The notes: generated from the letters alone by a model not told the origin. Shown: positions 17,944 through 26,435, counted from the first letter of the stretch. The stretch is 31,228 bases of DNA from a virus (IMGVR_UViG_3300036779_000274:1-31228); one strand, 5' to 3'. Numbers and translations are program-made.

Positions 17944-18374
17944 GATAAAAACGTCTCACGCTCCGCAGCACGGCGTCTTACCAGACCAAGCATTACCTCG
18001 CCTTTGCCGAATTTCCACCGAGGGAACTGGTCAGCAGCCCCCAGCACATCACCGGCATTGAATTTTTTCACCAGTGTTGAACCAGCAAAATTAGGGCCAC
18101 CGATGTTGAACGCCAGCGATACCATTGAGTCGAATTGGTTCTGCGTCATTGGGCGTTTGATGGCACTGTTTACCGTCAGCTCAAACACGGCCAGATCATC
18201 AGAGAGAAATTGCTCTGCCTGCTCTTGTGTGATTCTGTCGCCGGGATTCACACCCTTCGTGTGACCCCAACCAATCGTCCACGGCTTACCACCAGAACCT
18301 GGGTCTGGATAGGCCACCAGCTCAAGGGACTCGAACCCCTTTATGAAGTTACGGCCCTTTTTACTTGTTCGCAT
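17940..18374 (-). CDS. Endolysin, GH24 lysozyme
   Basis: 'FE.L.L.AY.D......WTIGWGHT', 'QNQFD..VSLAFNIG', 'GL..RR..E..FL'; ATG at 18374. Confidence 0.95.
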   Translation of the reverse strand: MRTSKKGRNFIKGFESLELVAYPDPGSGGKPWTIGWGHTKGVNPGDRITQEQAEQFLSDDLAVFELTVNSAIKRPMTQNQFDSMVSLAFNIGGPNFAGSTLVKKFNAGDVLGAADQFPRWKFGKGEVMLGLVRRRAAERETFLS

Positions 18375-18708
18375 CCTGATTACCTCCACCAAAGCGATTG
18401 CCGACGTACCCGGAAAGGAACACGCTAAGTTTTTTCACGCCTACGAAACCAATGAAGCCACCGATGCCAACTGTTAAGGCTTTCGGAACGTCGAAGTAAT
18501 CCAGGGCTGAATAAGTCGTCAGGGCTAACGCGCCACACATCAGCCCTTCGAAAATGGTTTCTTTCCACCCGCTGCCGGAATAAGCCATTCGTAAAACCGC
18601 CATAACTACAGCCATAATCACGCCGCCGATTGGCACATCACCGCGCCACCAGGCTGCGAGAATTTCACTGATGTCCGCCCAGCTATGGGGACTGTTTGGC
18701 ATTTTCAT
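18361..18708 (-). CDS. Holin, lambda S family, Met-Lys-Met dual start
   Basis: Three hydrophobic segments, 'IGGFIGFVGV'; CCCC-GGCAA-GGGG hairpin overlapping the SD. Confidence 0.9.
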   Translation of the reverse strand: MKMPNSPHSWADISEILAAWWRGDVPIGGVIMAVVMAVLRMAYSGSGWKETIFEGLMCGALALTTYSALDYFDVPKALTVGIGGFIGFVGVKKLSVFLSGYVGNRFGGGNQDANK

Positions 18709-18790
18709 CCCTCCCCCTTGCCGGGGCTTGGCCCGATCTTCGGGTGATAAAAACAGAAAAGGCCACGCGGTTAGCGCAGCCCAAGAACGG

Positions 18791-18820
18791 AAAAGCCCCG
18801 GCGTTTATAGCCAGGGCTTG
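18791..18820 (-). terminator. Intrinsic terminator upstream of the holin
   Basis: Minus strand AAGCCCTGGC-TATAAAC-GCCGGGGCTT followed by TT. Confidence 0.55.
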
Positions 18821-18980
18821 AATGGTTGCCGGTCTTTCCCGACTGTCACTTCACACCGAGGGGCGCACTTAGTAAACCCAGGGTAGGGATCGATAGTGCG
18901 TATCAGAACTAAATGCGCCCTTCTGATGCGCTTTCCAGCCACTCCGGGTAATCCCATCTTCGCAGGCTGAAAAGCTTTTT

Positions 18981-19055
<75 letters not shown>

Positions 19056-19057
19056 AT

Positions 19058-19132
19058 TGGTCCACCATCGAGGTCTCGAACCCCGTACCTACAACTTAAT
19101 GGTCGTTGCTCTTCCTGCTGAGCTAATGGCGG
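19058..19132 (-). tRNA. tRNA-Arg-like gene with an aberrant 6-nt anticodon loop (pseudo/undetermined)
   Basis: Acceptor CCGCCAT/ATGGTGG-A-CCA, D arm GCTC/GAGC, anticodon stem ACGAC/GTTGT, loop CATTAA, T loop TTCGAGA. Confidence 0.75.
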
Positions 19133-19254
19133 CCTGCGGGGCGCATACTAATGCAGCCAGCATAACCACACAATACCCATTGATATTTCTTTACAATCAA
19201 CACGCCCTACCTGAGCGAGGCCTCTGCTGAGGTCTTCAAGTCCCATCGGGAATT

Positions 19255-19325
19255 TGGCAGCCCCGGAAGGAGTCGAACCTACTTCGCTCGGTTTTGGAGA
19301 CCGGCGTTCGCCCGGCGTCGTGGCT
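19255..19325 (-). tRNA. tRNA-Trp(CCA)-like gene with a degenerate D arm (probable pseudo-tRNA)
   Basis: Anticodon arm CCGGT-CTCCAAA-ACCGA as in trpT, T loop TTCGACT, 3' GCCA; D region shortened; mismatches in the acceptor and T stems. Confidence 0.65.
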
Positions 19326-19334
19326 GTAAAACGC

Positions 19335-19360
19335 AAAAACCCCGCCATTGCTGGCAGGGC
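19335..19360 (-). terminator. tR'-like intrinsic terminator
   Basis: Minus strand GCCCTGCCA-GCAA-TGGCGGGG-TTTTT, a short distance downstream of pR'. Confidence 0.8.
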
Positions 19361-19408
19361 ATTAAAATTATTCAGTGTGTCTCACACACAACTCCCCACT
19401 ATTTGGAG

Positions 19409-19437
19409 AATCTACGCCAAGTTTATGCAAAATGCAA
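19409..19437 (-). promoter_or_regulatory. Late promoter pR'
   Basis: TTGCAT-17 nt-TAGATT just downstream of Q, followed by a -10-like pause element (AATAGT) and tR'. Confidence 0.75.
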
Positions 19438-19478
19438 CACTATGCTTAAAAAATGTCGGCATCCGTGCCGAACGCGCG

Positions 19479-20261
19479 TCATTTGGTTATTTTTTGGAAC
19501 TCAGTAGCGGCCACGCCTTCCTCGATATCGCATTTCGCCACCAGCGACTCGTAGAAGGGCTTCCAGTTACGTGACCAAGAGGATTGTGTCAGTTCAGGCA
19601 GTAGAGCTGTAATTGCCCTGTGGGCTACGGATGAAGGCATCCTGCTAAAGCCTTTGCTGCCGCACCGTTCGCAGTCCTTGATAACAGGTGCGCCCGCAGC
19701 CTTGGTTGCCTCGCGATCGAGCGCCTTCCCGGTTCCTTTGCAGTTCCGGCAACGTTTGTGGATCTTGCCCTTACCGTTGCAGGTCTGGCACATCTCGCGC
19801 ACCACCTGGCGTTTGGTCGTTGGCGCGATTTTCTCTTCGCCATCCATACCGATGTAACCCGGGTAGATCACGACATCACGCTCAACATCCACCAGCCCTT
19901 TTCCGTGGCAATCGTGACACGTCACGCTTGCACCTGCTGATTGGGAATAATCCTCATATGCCAGAACAGCCAAGATTTGCATACAGCGTGCCATGCGCCG
20001 CCCAGCAACTTTGCCGACGTGTTTCGGTGCATTGCGCATCGCATACAGAGTCAGTTCTGCAATAGCCCGTTCCCGGTCTTCGTGGCTGATACCGGTTTTA
20101 CCAAGGAATGCAGCCATGCCGAAACGAGCCTTTGCTTCGACCATTCCCAGCGCCGCCATAACGTCGGTACCGGTAACGCGATCCGCCGAGGTGCTTGATG
20201 ATGAATCCGTAATTGCCAAACCCTGCGGGCTGAAGTGCTTTAACGCCGCTTCCAGTCTCAT
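19479..20261 (-). CDS. Q: Late antiterminator Q (lambda/P22-type, Cys-rich)
   Basis: 'KHFSPQG', 'TGTDVMAALG', repeated CxxCxGxG, 'WSRNWKPFYESLV..C..EE..A'; upstream of pR' and the lysis genes. Confidence 0.9.
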   Translation of the reverse strand: MRLEAALKHFSPQGLAITDSSSSTSADRVTGTDVMAALGMVEAKARFGMAAFLGKTGISHEDRERAIAELTLYAMRNAPKHVGKVAGRRMARCMQILAVLAYEDYSQSAGASVTCHDCHGKGLVDVERDVVIYPGYIGMDGEEKIAPTTKRQVVREMCQTCNGKGKIHKRCRNCKGTGKALDREATKAAGAPVIKDCERCGSKGFSRMPSSVAHRAITALLPELTQSSWSRNWKPFYESLVAKCDIEEGVAATEFQKITK

Positions 20262-20362
20262 TCTAGCCACCTTTCACGTAATGAAATCAATGCGCCAATT
20301 ATTGCATAAATTGCAAAACAACTCACTTCATTGCATTTTACGAAACAACACCACAACCGGTA

Positions 20363-21286
20363 CTAAGCCGCTTCATGCATGCCGATCAGATTCAGATACA
20401 CCCCGTCGCTGTCCGCGTTCATATCCTGATAGCGCGGGTAATCCAGATACCACTTCAGCACATCGAGCGCCTCAGCGCGGGTGATCGGCCTGATTGTCTC
20501 CAGCAAATGGTCAAGATATTGCTCCCTGTCCCACAGGTGCATATTTTCATTGGGATACTCTTCTGGATGCAGCTCCCTGAACGCACCATTGCGCATGGAT
20601 GACAACCAGTCCCAATATTGGATTTCCCTTACCACATCGCTCAGCGTATAGGGTTCGGGCAGTACATCAGTAAAAACGAACTCCCCGGGGCCTTTTGCCA
20701 TGTAATCGCAATAAATATCCTGGTACGTCCCATGCGTTTCTTCGATACGGCGTTCAGCCTCGACGGGCTGGAACACCGCCTCCAGGCTGCCAAAGACACC
20801 CCGCACTGAGCCCGCCTTCTCGTACTGTGCTTTTGCCTGGTCGATATAATGCTGAGGATTGTCCATCCACATCGTGGAAAACACCGATGTCCAGCCCGCA
20901 CCCTGGGCCTGCAGATGGCGCGTGTAATTTCCCTGCGCCTGCTTCGGTGTGATGGTCAGCTTCTTCAGTGCTTCTTCCGCTGCGGCAATGTGCGCCGGCT
21001 CGCCAGTCTTGATAACTTCAAGCACCCACAAATAGGCATCCGTCTGCTTGTCACCCGTGACAGCGCGCTGAGGTGGCAACGGTTTGGGCAGCGCCAATGC
21101 TGTGCTGTATTTCCGCTCTGGGATGGTAAAGAGCACCCGGTGTTCAGGATTGTCGCGGAATAGCCCCGAACGGCGGCAGGTGGTTTTTACCGTGTTGAGG
21201 TTCACGCCGGTGAGGCGGGAAATGGTTTTATACCCCTTGCCTTCTCGTTTGAGCCGCAATATCTCGACTTTCTGGTCTTTCATCAT
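20363..21286 (-). CDS. N-terminal HTH protein fused to a conserved phage domain
   Basis: 'ILRLKREGKGYKTISRLTGVNLNTVKT.CRR' HTH, then 'PLPPQR.VTGDKQTDAYLWVLEVI'. Confidence 0.8.
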   Translation of the reverse strand: MMKDQKVEILRLKREGKGYKTISRLTGVNLNTVKTTCRRSGLFRDNPEHRVLFTIPERKYSTALALPKPLPPQRAVTGDKQTDAYLWVLEVIKTGEPAHIAAAEEALKKLTITPKQAQGNYTRHLQAQGAGWTSVFSTMWMDNPQHYIDQAKAQYEKAGSVRGVFGSLEAVFQPVEAERRIEETHGTYQDIYCDYMAKGPGEFVFTDVLPEPYTLSDVVREIQYWDWLSSMRNGAFRELHPEEYPNENMHLWDREQYLDHLLETIRPITRAEALDVLKWYLDYPRYQDMNADSDGVYLNLIGMHEAA

Positions 21287-21339
21287 TTGCACACCCTGTG
21301 TTCAGCTTGTCAGGGGCGGCCAGGTGACCGCCCTTCTCG

Positions 21340-21684
21340 TTATTGACTCTGGCGCTTACCGCCACTGCGCACCGTACGGGCGCTGATAACCGAGTCCGCC
21401 AGCACCTGATACCCGGTGTTCATCTGGCCATCGCCGCCGGTCCATTGGCTGATGTTCATCGTCCCGGATACGCTGATGAGATCGCCTTTGCTGTGCTTCG
21501 CCAGAAAGTCCGCCTGCTTGCCAAACGCCGTGACCGCCAACCAGAAGGTGGACAGCCCATCTTCGGCACCATGACACGGCAGCGACACCGCCATACGTCC
21601 AAGCGTCATCGAATGTCCGTTGCTGGTGGTTTTGGTTTGCACATCAGCCACCAGCCGGCCGTGTGCGGCAATATGTGCAGTCAT
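21340..21684 (-). CDS. ssb: Single-stranded DNA-binding protein (short satellite type, no acidic tail)
   Basis: 'GRLVAD', 'TFW..V.AFGKQA..L....KGD.ISVSG', 'W'. Confidence 0.88.
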   Translation of the reverse strand: MTAHIAAHGRLVADVQTKTTSNGHSMTLGRMAVSLPCHGAEDGLSTFWLAVTAFGKQADFLAKHSKGDLISVSGTMNISQWTGGDGQMNTGYQVLADSVISARTVRSGGKRQSQ

Positions 21685-23765
21685 TACACTTCCTCTTCGG
21701 TGTCGTCCGGCATCATCAGCACGACGAAACGCGGCTGCTTGCCGTCAATTCTCAACGTTTTCTTGGTCATTCCCTTGGCGGGCTTATCCAGCATGCCTGC
21801 ATCGGCCAGAGCCTGAGCAAAGGCAACTGGGTTAGCACCAGCGGCGATCTCGTCACGAAACACCGCCGGATAGGTATGAAATATCAACGTCTCCAGCCCT
21901 GGACGTTCTTCCCGATAGCCGGCCAGATCCCGGATCGGCAAGTCACGCGGGTCGCTGTTGGGATGAGGCATATACCGGCTATAACCAAAACGCTGCAAAA
22001 AGGCTTCCGCCTGCTCTACCCAGGCCTTGGCTTCACGGTTACCCATGCCGAATTCGTTGACCCAGGCGTTGAAACTGTGCTGCAGGGCATCACGGCTTTC
22101 CTGCTCGGTCCATCCGGTCAACGTCTGAGAAAGGATCAGGGCACCTTCCAACACAGCAAAACGTGACGCTACCCGGCGAACCTGCTCGCTGGCTTCCTCG
22201 GGCAGCAGCCCCAACCAACGGCGTTCGGCAGCGCGCACAGCGTCAACAGCGGCCTTTTTCTGGCTGGCAAGCTGGTTGATCCACTCACGGCCCACTACAC
22301 CGTAGTTCTGCTTGCAGGCGTCGCGCATAGCATCAGCATGCGTCTTACCGTCGGCATAACCGTGATACTGGGTCGCTTTGGTGATCGGTACGTTGAGCAG
22401 GCGCACCAGTTGCCCGGCGTTAATTTTTCCGCCATCAGCCCGGATGTAGCTCTCCATATCGATTTCGCCTGTACTGAAGGCCATCGCCCGCCAGCGCTTG
22501 ATGTCCCTGTTACCGCCATCTTTCGCCCCCTGGATCTTGCCCACACCGTTGAAGAGCGCATAAGCAGCATCAGCCACCGCCTTACGGTTACTGCCCTGCC
22601 CGATTTCATCCAGCGGCATAAATCCATCGTTGTGTGCCGCCGCCTCGTTCACCAGCCCAAGCGCCGTTGAGTACCAGGTCAGCTTTAACGCATCTGGCTC
22701 ACCGTAAACCGTACTGGCCGCATTACCCGTCGTGGTTTTCCCTGCCGACGAGCCACCGAACAGATGCACACCGAAACCATCCGCGCCAGCAATACCGATC
22801 AGTGGCGCAGCCAATGCACAAGCGATACCCAGCATCATCGACGGGTTCCCCTTCGCCAGTTTGGCGACGCTGTTACGCCAGCTCTCCACTGTTCCCTTGA
22901 CGGTATATCCCCGAGCAGCAGCAGAGCGCCCATTGAACAGCACCGGTTTTTCAGGCATCCCCAGCACCTCACCGTCGGGCATGATGTAGGCACCACACTG
23001 CCAGCCGCTGGCACTGGCAATCGCCCACATGTCACGTTGGCCACTGCGCTGCAGGTGATCGGCAAGAATGGCCCTCAGGCCGCTTTTCGACGTAATCAAC
23101 ATTCCGCCGGCCTTGAGTTTTGCCCAACCATCGCGCTCACCGATATCACGCAGGGGGACGGCTTCCGTACGTCGTTCGTCACTGCCTTCCGGTGTCCAGT
23201 TGAGGATCAGGTAGCGTTCAGCATCATCCTCACCAACGCCCACCACCTCCGCCAACGTTGATAGCCAGCTTTCCTTTTCGTTAATTTCACCGGTATCCCG
23301 ATCGGTTTTCGGCTCCACCCAGTACAGCCCACCGTTCCGGGCATCAACATACGGTTTCAGTCCAGAAGGTGCTGCTTGCTTTCGCGCCTGTTCGGTTTTG
23401 TCTGTTACCTGATTGAACAAGCGGTTTATCCGTTCACCGTCAGAAAGGGCAAGAGCCAGGGTTTTGCGCTCAAAATACTCAAGCACCAGCGCCTCACGTT
23501 TTTCCCTGGCAGTTTCTGGCGACCTGTGTGACTGGAAACCATTGTCCGCCAACCATTCTGGACTCACCGAATCGCCAAGAACCATCGTGTTCAGCTTTCG
23601 GGCCAAATCCCCTTCCGGCGTTGCCTGTTTGGTGCGTTTTACGGCTGCAGCCGCTTCATTCCGCATGACAGGCCGCCCCATCACCCAGCGATAAACGCTG
23701 GAGAAAAGCGCATCCGGCCACTGTTCGTGAGTGACACCATCCGGTGTTTTGATTGAACGACTCAT
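21684..23765 (-). CDS. DUF927-family replication ATPase/helicase
   Basis: 'GWQCGAYIMPDG', 'G..E.WR..V', Walker A 'GGSSAGKTT', Walker B 'MPLDEIG', 'STGE', 'GQ.VRL', 'YG..GR.W'. Confidence 0.88.
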   Translation of the reverse strand: MSRSIKTPDGVTHEQWPDALFSSVYRWVMGRPVMRNEAAAAVKRTKQATPEGDLARKLNTMVLGDSVSPEWLADNGFQSHRSPETAREKREALVLEYFERKTLALALSDGERINRLFNQVTDKTEQARKQAAPSGLKPYVDARNGGLYWVEPKTDRDTGEINEKESWLSTLAEVVGVGEDDAERYLILNWTPEGSDERRTEAVPLRDIGERDGWAKLKAGGMLITSKSGLRAILADHLQRSGQRDMWAIASASGWQCGAYIMPDGEVLGMPEKPVLFNGRSAAARGYTVKGTVESWRNSVAKLAKGNPSMMLGIACALAAPLIGIAGADGFGVHLFGGSSAGKTTTGNAASTVYGEPDALKLTWYSTALGLVNEAAAHNDGFMPLDEIGQGSNRKAVADAAYALFNGVGKIQGAKDGGNRDIKRWRAMAFSTGEIDMESYIRADGGKINAGQLVRLLNVPITKATQYHGYADGKTHADAMRDACKQNYGVVGREWINQLASQKKAAVDAVRAAERRWLGLLPEEASEQVRRVASRFAVLEGALILSQTLTGWTEQESRDALQHSFNAWVNEFGMGNREAKAWVEQAEAFLQRFGYSRYMPHPNSDPRDLPIRDLAGYREERPGLETLIFHTYPAVFRDEIAAGANPVAFAQALADAGMLDKPAKGMTKKTLRIDGKQPRFVVLMMPDDTEEEV

Positions 23766-24367
23766 CAGTGCAGTACCTCTTCAGGAAGCGTGCCTTTGTC
23801 AATCAGCTCGATGGCCTCAAAAAACACCAGCTTCAGCTTTTCTACTGCTTCAATACCTAACGGAGTCAACCACTGAGATGATCCCAGCGGCGCGACCATT
23901 TTCGCGTACATGTTCAACGCCATCCGGGCCCCTTCCTCCTCACCCAGATGTTCAATCATGGCGCCTTCCATATGGCTGGCTACGGCAAAACGCATAGCGC
24001 GGGGATACATCGGCAAAATATTCAGATTGCCATTAACTTCATGCGTGAAGGACGGCGCGCCGGTTAACTCAGTTTGATAATTCCGCCAGCAGTCCACAAA
24101 ACGCCAGCGCCAGAACAGCAACGAATCCACATCTGATGGACTACCAGTGTAGAGAAGCCAGAACGCCATTAACTCAGACTCCAGTAGCCAACAACTGTGT
24201 TCACGGTCATTGACCCACTGCGGAATATCTTTCACCAAGACGGTTGCAACAAAAACCTTTCCCTCTTGCTCATGAACAGTAATATCCCCCAGCCCTTCTT
24301 CAGACATACCTGGGGTCAGAATAAATTCGCCGGAACGAATAATTTCAGGGGTCGTTTTCATCGTCAT
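23765..24367 (-). CDS. Hypothetical protein; C-terminus resembles P4 ORF106/DUF5375
   Basis: 'VASHMEGAMIEHLGEEEGARMA..Y..M...LTPLG'; coupled to both neighbours. Confidence 0.7.
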   Translation of the reverse strand: MTMKTTPEIIRSGEFILTPGMSEEGLGDITVHEQEGKVFVATVLVKDIPQWVNDREHSCWLLESELMAFWLLYTGSPSDVDSLLFWRWRFVDCWRNYQTELTGAPSFTHEVNGNLNILPMYPRAMRFAVASHMEGAMIEHLGEEEGARMALNMYAKMVAPLGSSQWLTPLGIEAVEKLKLVFFEAIELIDKGTLPEEVLH

Positions 24368-24735
24368 TAATACATCTCCAAACCGAGGGTATTGTCCTGC
24401 GGATTTTTTAACGCCATTTCCACCGCATTGCTCATCAGTGATGTCATAAATTCAATGCCTTCCGACGTTAATTTGCTGTTATCTTTATTCAACATGCCGG
24501 AATAGGTAGTCGCCAATAATTTGAGGCTGTTGGCCTGCCCGTATTTTTTGTAGCACTCCACCTCAAAGCAGTCTGTCAGGCAACGGTGTACCGCGTCCGC
24601 GCTCAGCTCGCCAAGGATGACCTGCTGGCGATTGACCGTCACTGTGCATACCGGGTGTCCGCCGCTACGGCGCTTGCAGTAATCCACAAATGCCACAGCA
24701 ATATGTTTACGATTTAATTCAATTGAGTGAGTCAT
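24367..24735 (-). CDS. Hypothetical protein (122 aa)
   Basis: GGAAGG SD; TAATG overlap with the next gene. Confidence 0.75.
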   Translation of the reverse strand: MTHSIELNRKHIAVAFVDYCKRRSGGHPVCTVTVNRQQVILGELSADAVHRCLTDCFEVECYKKYGQANSLKLLATTYSGMLNKDNSKLTSEGIEFMTSLMSNAVEMALKNPQDNTLGLEMY

Positions 24736-24822
24736 AGTATGTCCTTCCCGAATTCCGGCCGAGTGAAGCCACCGACCGGCGTCGGTATTAACTTTGTTGA
24801 TGGCAATTAATTAATGTGGGTG

Positions 24823-25128
24823 TCAGCGTTTCTTTTTCTGCTCTCGCTCCCTGATATTAAAATCAGCCTCATCCGCATTAAATTTCAGTGCTGCCGTAAT
24901 ACCGGGGATATACATCAGCATTTCGCCGAGTGCGCATAAATCTGTCCGCGCCATTTCGTCCGTATATTCTTTGTTATCACACGCCCAGAAAGCGATATTC
25001 CCGATAGCCCCCAGCCCGGACAACAAACCTTCATAGGCACCTTCTGAATGCATGCGAATGAACTTCAGCTGTTCGGTGTCCTCGTGGTTGATATCGCTGC
25101 GTGACAAAACCTGTTCGATATAGCTCAC
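24823..25128 (-). CDS. Hypothetical protein (101 aa)
   Basis: GTGA overlap with the ORF6N stop; 'GL.AIG...FWA..N..Y'. Confidence 0.75.
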   Translation of the reverse strand: MSYIEQVLSRSDINHEDTEQLKFIRMHSEGAYEGLLSGLGAIGNIAFWACDNKEYTDEMARTDLCALGEMLMYIPGITAALKFNADEADFNIREREQKKKR

Positions 25129-25910
25129 AGCTCACCCCCGAAAAGTTTACGCAAATCGATACCGTACACATCCAGCCATGCACCCGCTGGCCAGGATTTG
25201 ACGCTGCCATAGCGCGGGTCTGGTACATCGACCGCCGTGACGCCTCGTTCCTTGCACCACTTGCGCAAAGCAGCAAACTTGAATTCGCGCTCGGTCTTCT
25301 TCTCCACCTTGGTGATCGTCGCATGCTTCACGCTTTCGCCCAGGCGTTCTTCCAGATCTCGACATTTACGGGTGGCTGCGCTGAGTTTGCCCAGTGCCGA
25401 GGCCTCTCGCTTACGGCTAATTTGGCCCTTGGTGCGTTCAGCATTATCGGCACGTTGCTTCTCAGCCAGTCGCCCCTGCTCCGAGTCGATCGCCATCTGC
25501 AGGATTTCGAGTTTCGATAAGTCGGCTGGCGTTGGCAGAGTTTCTCGGCGAGTGAAGTAGAACTCGACCATTTCGTCGTAATAGCTCCATGCTAGGTCGG
25601 TTTCAAGCATTTTCGCGTGGTTGGCGGCGCCGCGCTCGGTCCAAAGGATCAACCGACTTGAATATTTATTAGCCACCCCGAAATTATCGGGGAGCCTTTT
25701 AAAATCCTGCAGTTCTTCACCTTCAAGCCAGAAGTAATGTTTTCCTTCAATAAAGCGCTGGCGGTTATTCTGGAAATTGTCCTGAATGTTTTTTGGGTCT
25801 GTACCATATCCCAATGCCATTCGTTCGGTGGTCACCACACGCTGACCGCGATATTCGATGATCTGCAGGTCTTTGGCCTCGACGACCATCAGTTCAGTTT
25901 TCTTCGCCAT
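25125..25910 (-). CDS. ORF6N-domain antirepressor-family DNA-binding protein
   Basis: 'IEYRGQRVVTTE.MA.GYGT....I..NF..N..RF.EGKHYF.L.GEEL..FK', 'LWTERGAA.HAKMLETD.AW'; start re-called at 25910. Confidence 0.88.
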   Translation of the reverse strand: MAKKTELMVVEAKDLQIIEYRGQRVVTTERMALGYGTDPKNIQDNFQNNRQRFIEGKHYFWLEGEELQDFKRLPDNFGVANKYSSRLILWTERGAANHAKMLETDLAWSYYDEMVEFYFTRRETLPTPADLSKLEILQMAIDSEQGRLAEKQRADNAERTKGQISRKREASALGKLSAATRKCRDLEERLGESVKHATITKVEKKTEREFKFAALRKWCKERGVTAVDVPDPRYGSVKSWPAGAWLDVYGIDLRKLFGGEL

Positions 25911-26136
25911 TGCATACCCCCTGTTCATTTTCCACTGTGGACTGTTCGCCGAGATCCAACGCATTAGCCGCCCGTTGGGTGAAATCCTCGGCAACGTCCA
26001 CCAGCGACATGACGTATTTCTGCATATGATTGTCTTGCGCATTGATGATGAGCTGCGCGCAATTCAGCAGGTCCAGCGAACGCTGCAGGTGCAACAACAC
26101 ATCCTCATTCACCTGATAGGTGTAGGACTTATTCAT
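25894..26136 (-). CDS. Hypothetical protein (80 aa)
   Basis: ATG 26136 with GGAGG SD; overlaps both neighbours. Confidence 0.7.
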   Translation of the reverse strand: MNKSYTYQVNEDVLLHLQRSLDLLNCAQLIINAQDNHMQKYVMSLVDVAEDFTQRAANALDLGEQSTVENEQGVCNGEEN

Positions 26137-26299
26137 CTTCAGCCTCCGCGCCACGCCGGGCGATTTCCTCAATCAAATCGACGAGCTCAAAACAGATCTG
26201 CTCCTCACGCTCACTCGACGTCAGATAACCAGCAGCAGCGGCTAATGCCTGAATTTTGGCAAGAGCATTGATGGCATCCAATACCTTAACGCTACGCAT
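26129..26299 (-). CDS. Hypothetical protein (56 aa); not in the ORF track
   Basis: MRSVKVLDAINALAKIQALAAAAGYLTSSEREEQICFELVDLIEEIARRGAEAEDE; GGAGGT SD; 8-nt overlaps. Confidence 0.7.
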   Translation of the reverse strand: MRSVKVLDAINALAKIQALAAAAGYLTSSEREEQICFELVDLIEEIARRGAEAEDE

Positions 26300-26435
26300 G
26301 GTGACCTCCCGCCATCAGCCCCAGGAGATAAACGAAACCAACCAGGCTACCGAGAGTGATCAGCAGAATGCCAGACACCAGCAGCAGGTCTGCCACGACT
26401 TCCGACAGCATTTTGTAATTACGAGGCCTGCGCAT
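26292..26435 (-). CDS. Small single-pass membrane protein (47 aa); not in the ORF track
   Basis: MRRPRNYKMLSEVVADLLLVSGILLITLGSLVGFVYLLGLMAGGHHA; GGAG SD. Confidence 0.65.
   Translation of the reverse strand: MRRPRNYKMLSEVVADLLLVSGILLITLGSLVGFVYLLGLMAGGHHA

Noticed and set aside
18830-18976. Known self-cleaving ribozyme (hammerhead, pistol or HDV-like theta) after tRNA-Gly
   Set aside because: I could not fit the conserved cores by eye (for example CUGAUAC instead of CUGANGA); kept only as an unclassified structured RNA.
19058-19132. Functional ochre suppressor tRNA
   Set aside because: UUA is present, but the loop has 6 nt and no U immediately 5' of the triplet, so a suppressor call is not supportable.
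20271-20362. att site separating a satellite from a prophage
   Set aside because: No tRNA 3' fragment or matching repeat is visible in the window; it cannot be fully excluded without the sequence beyond int.
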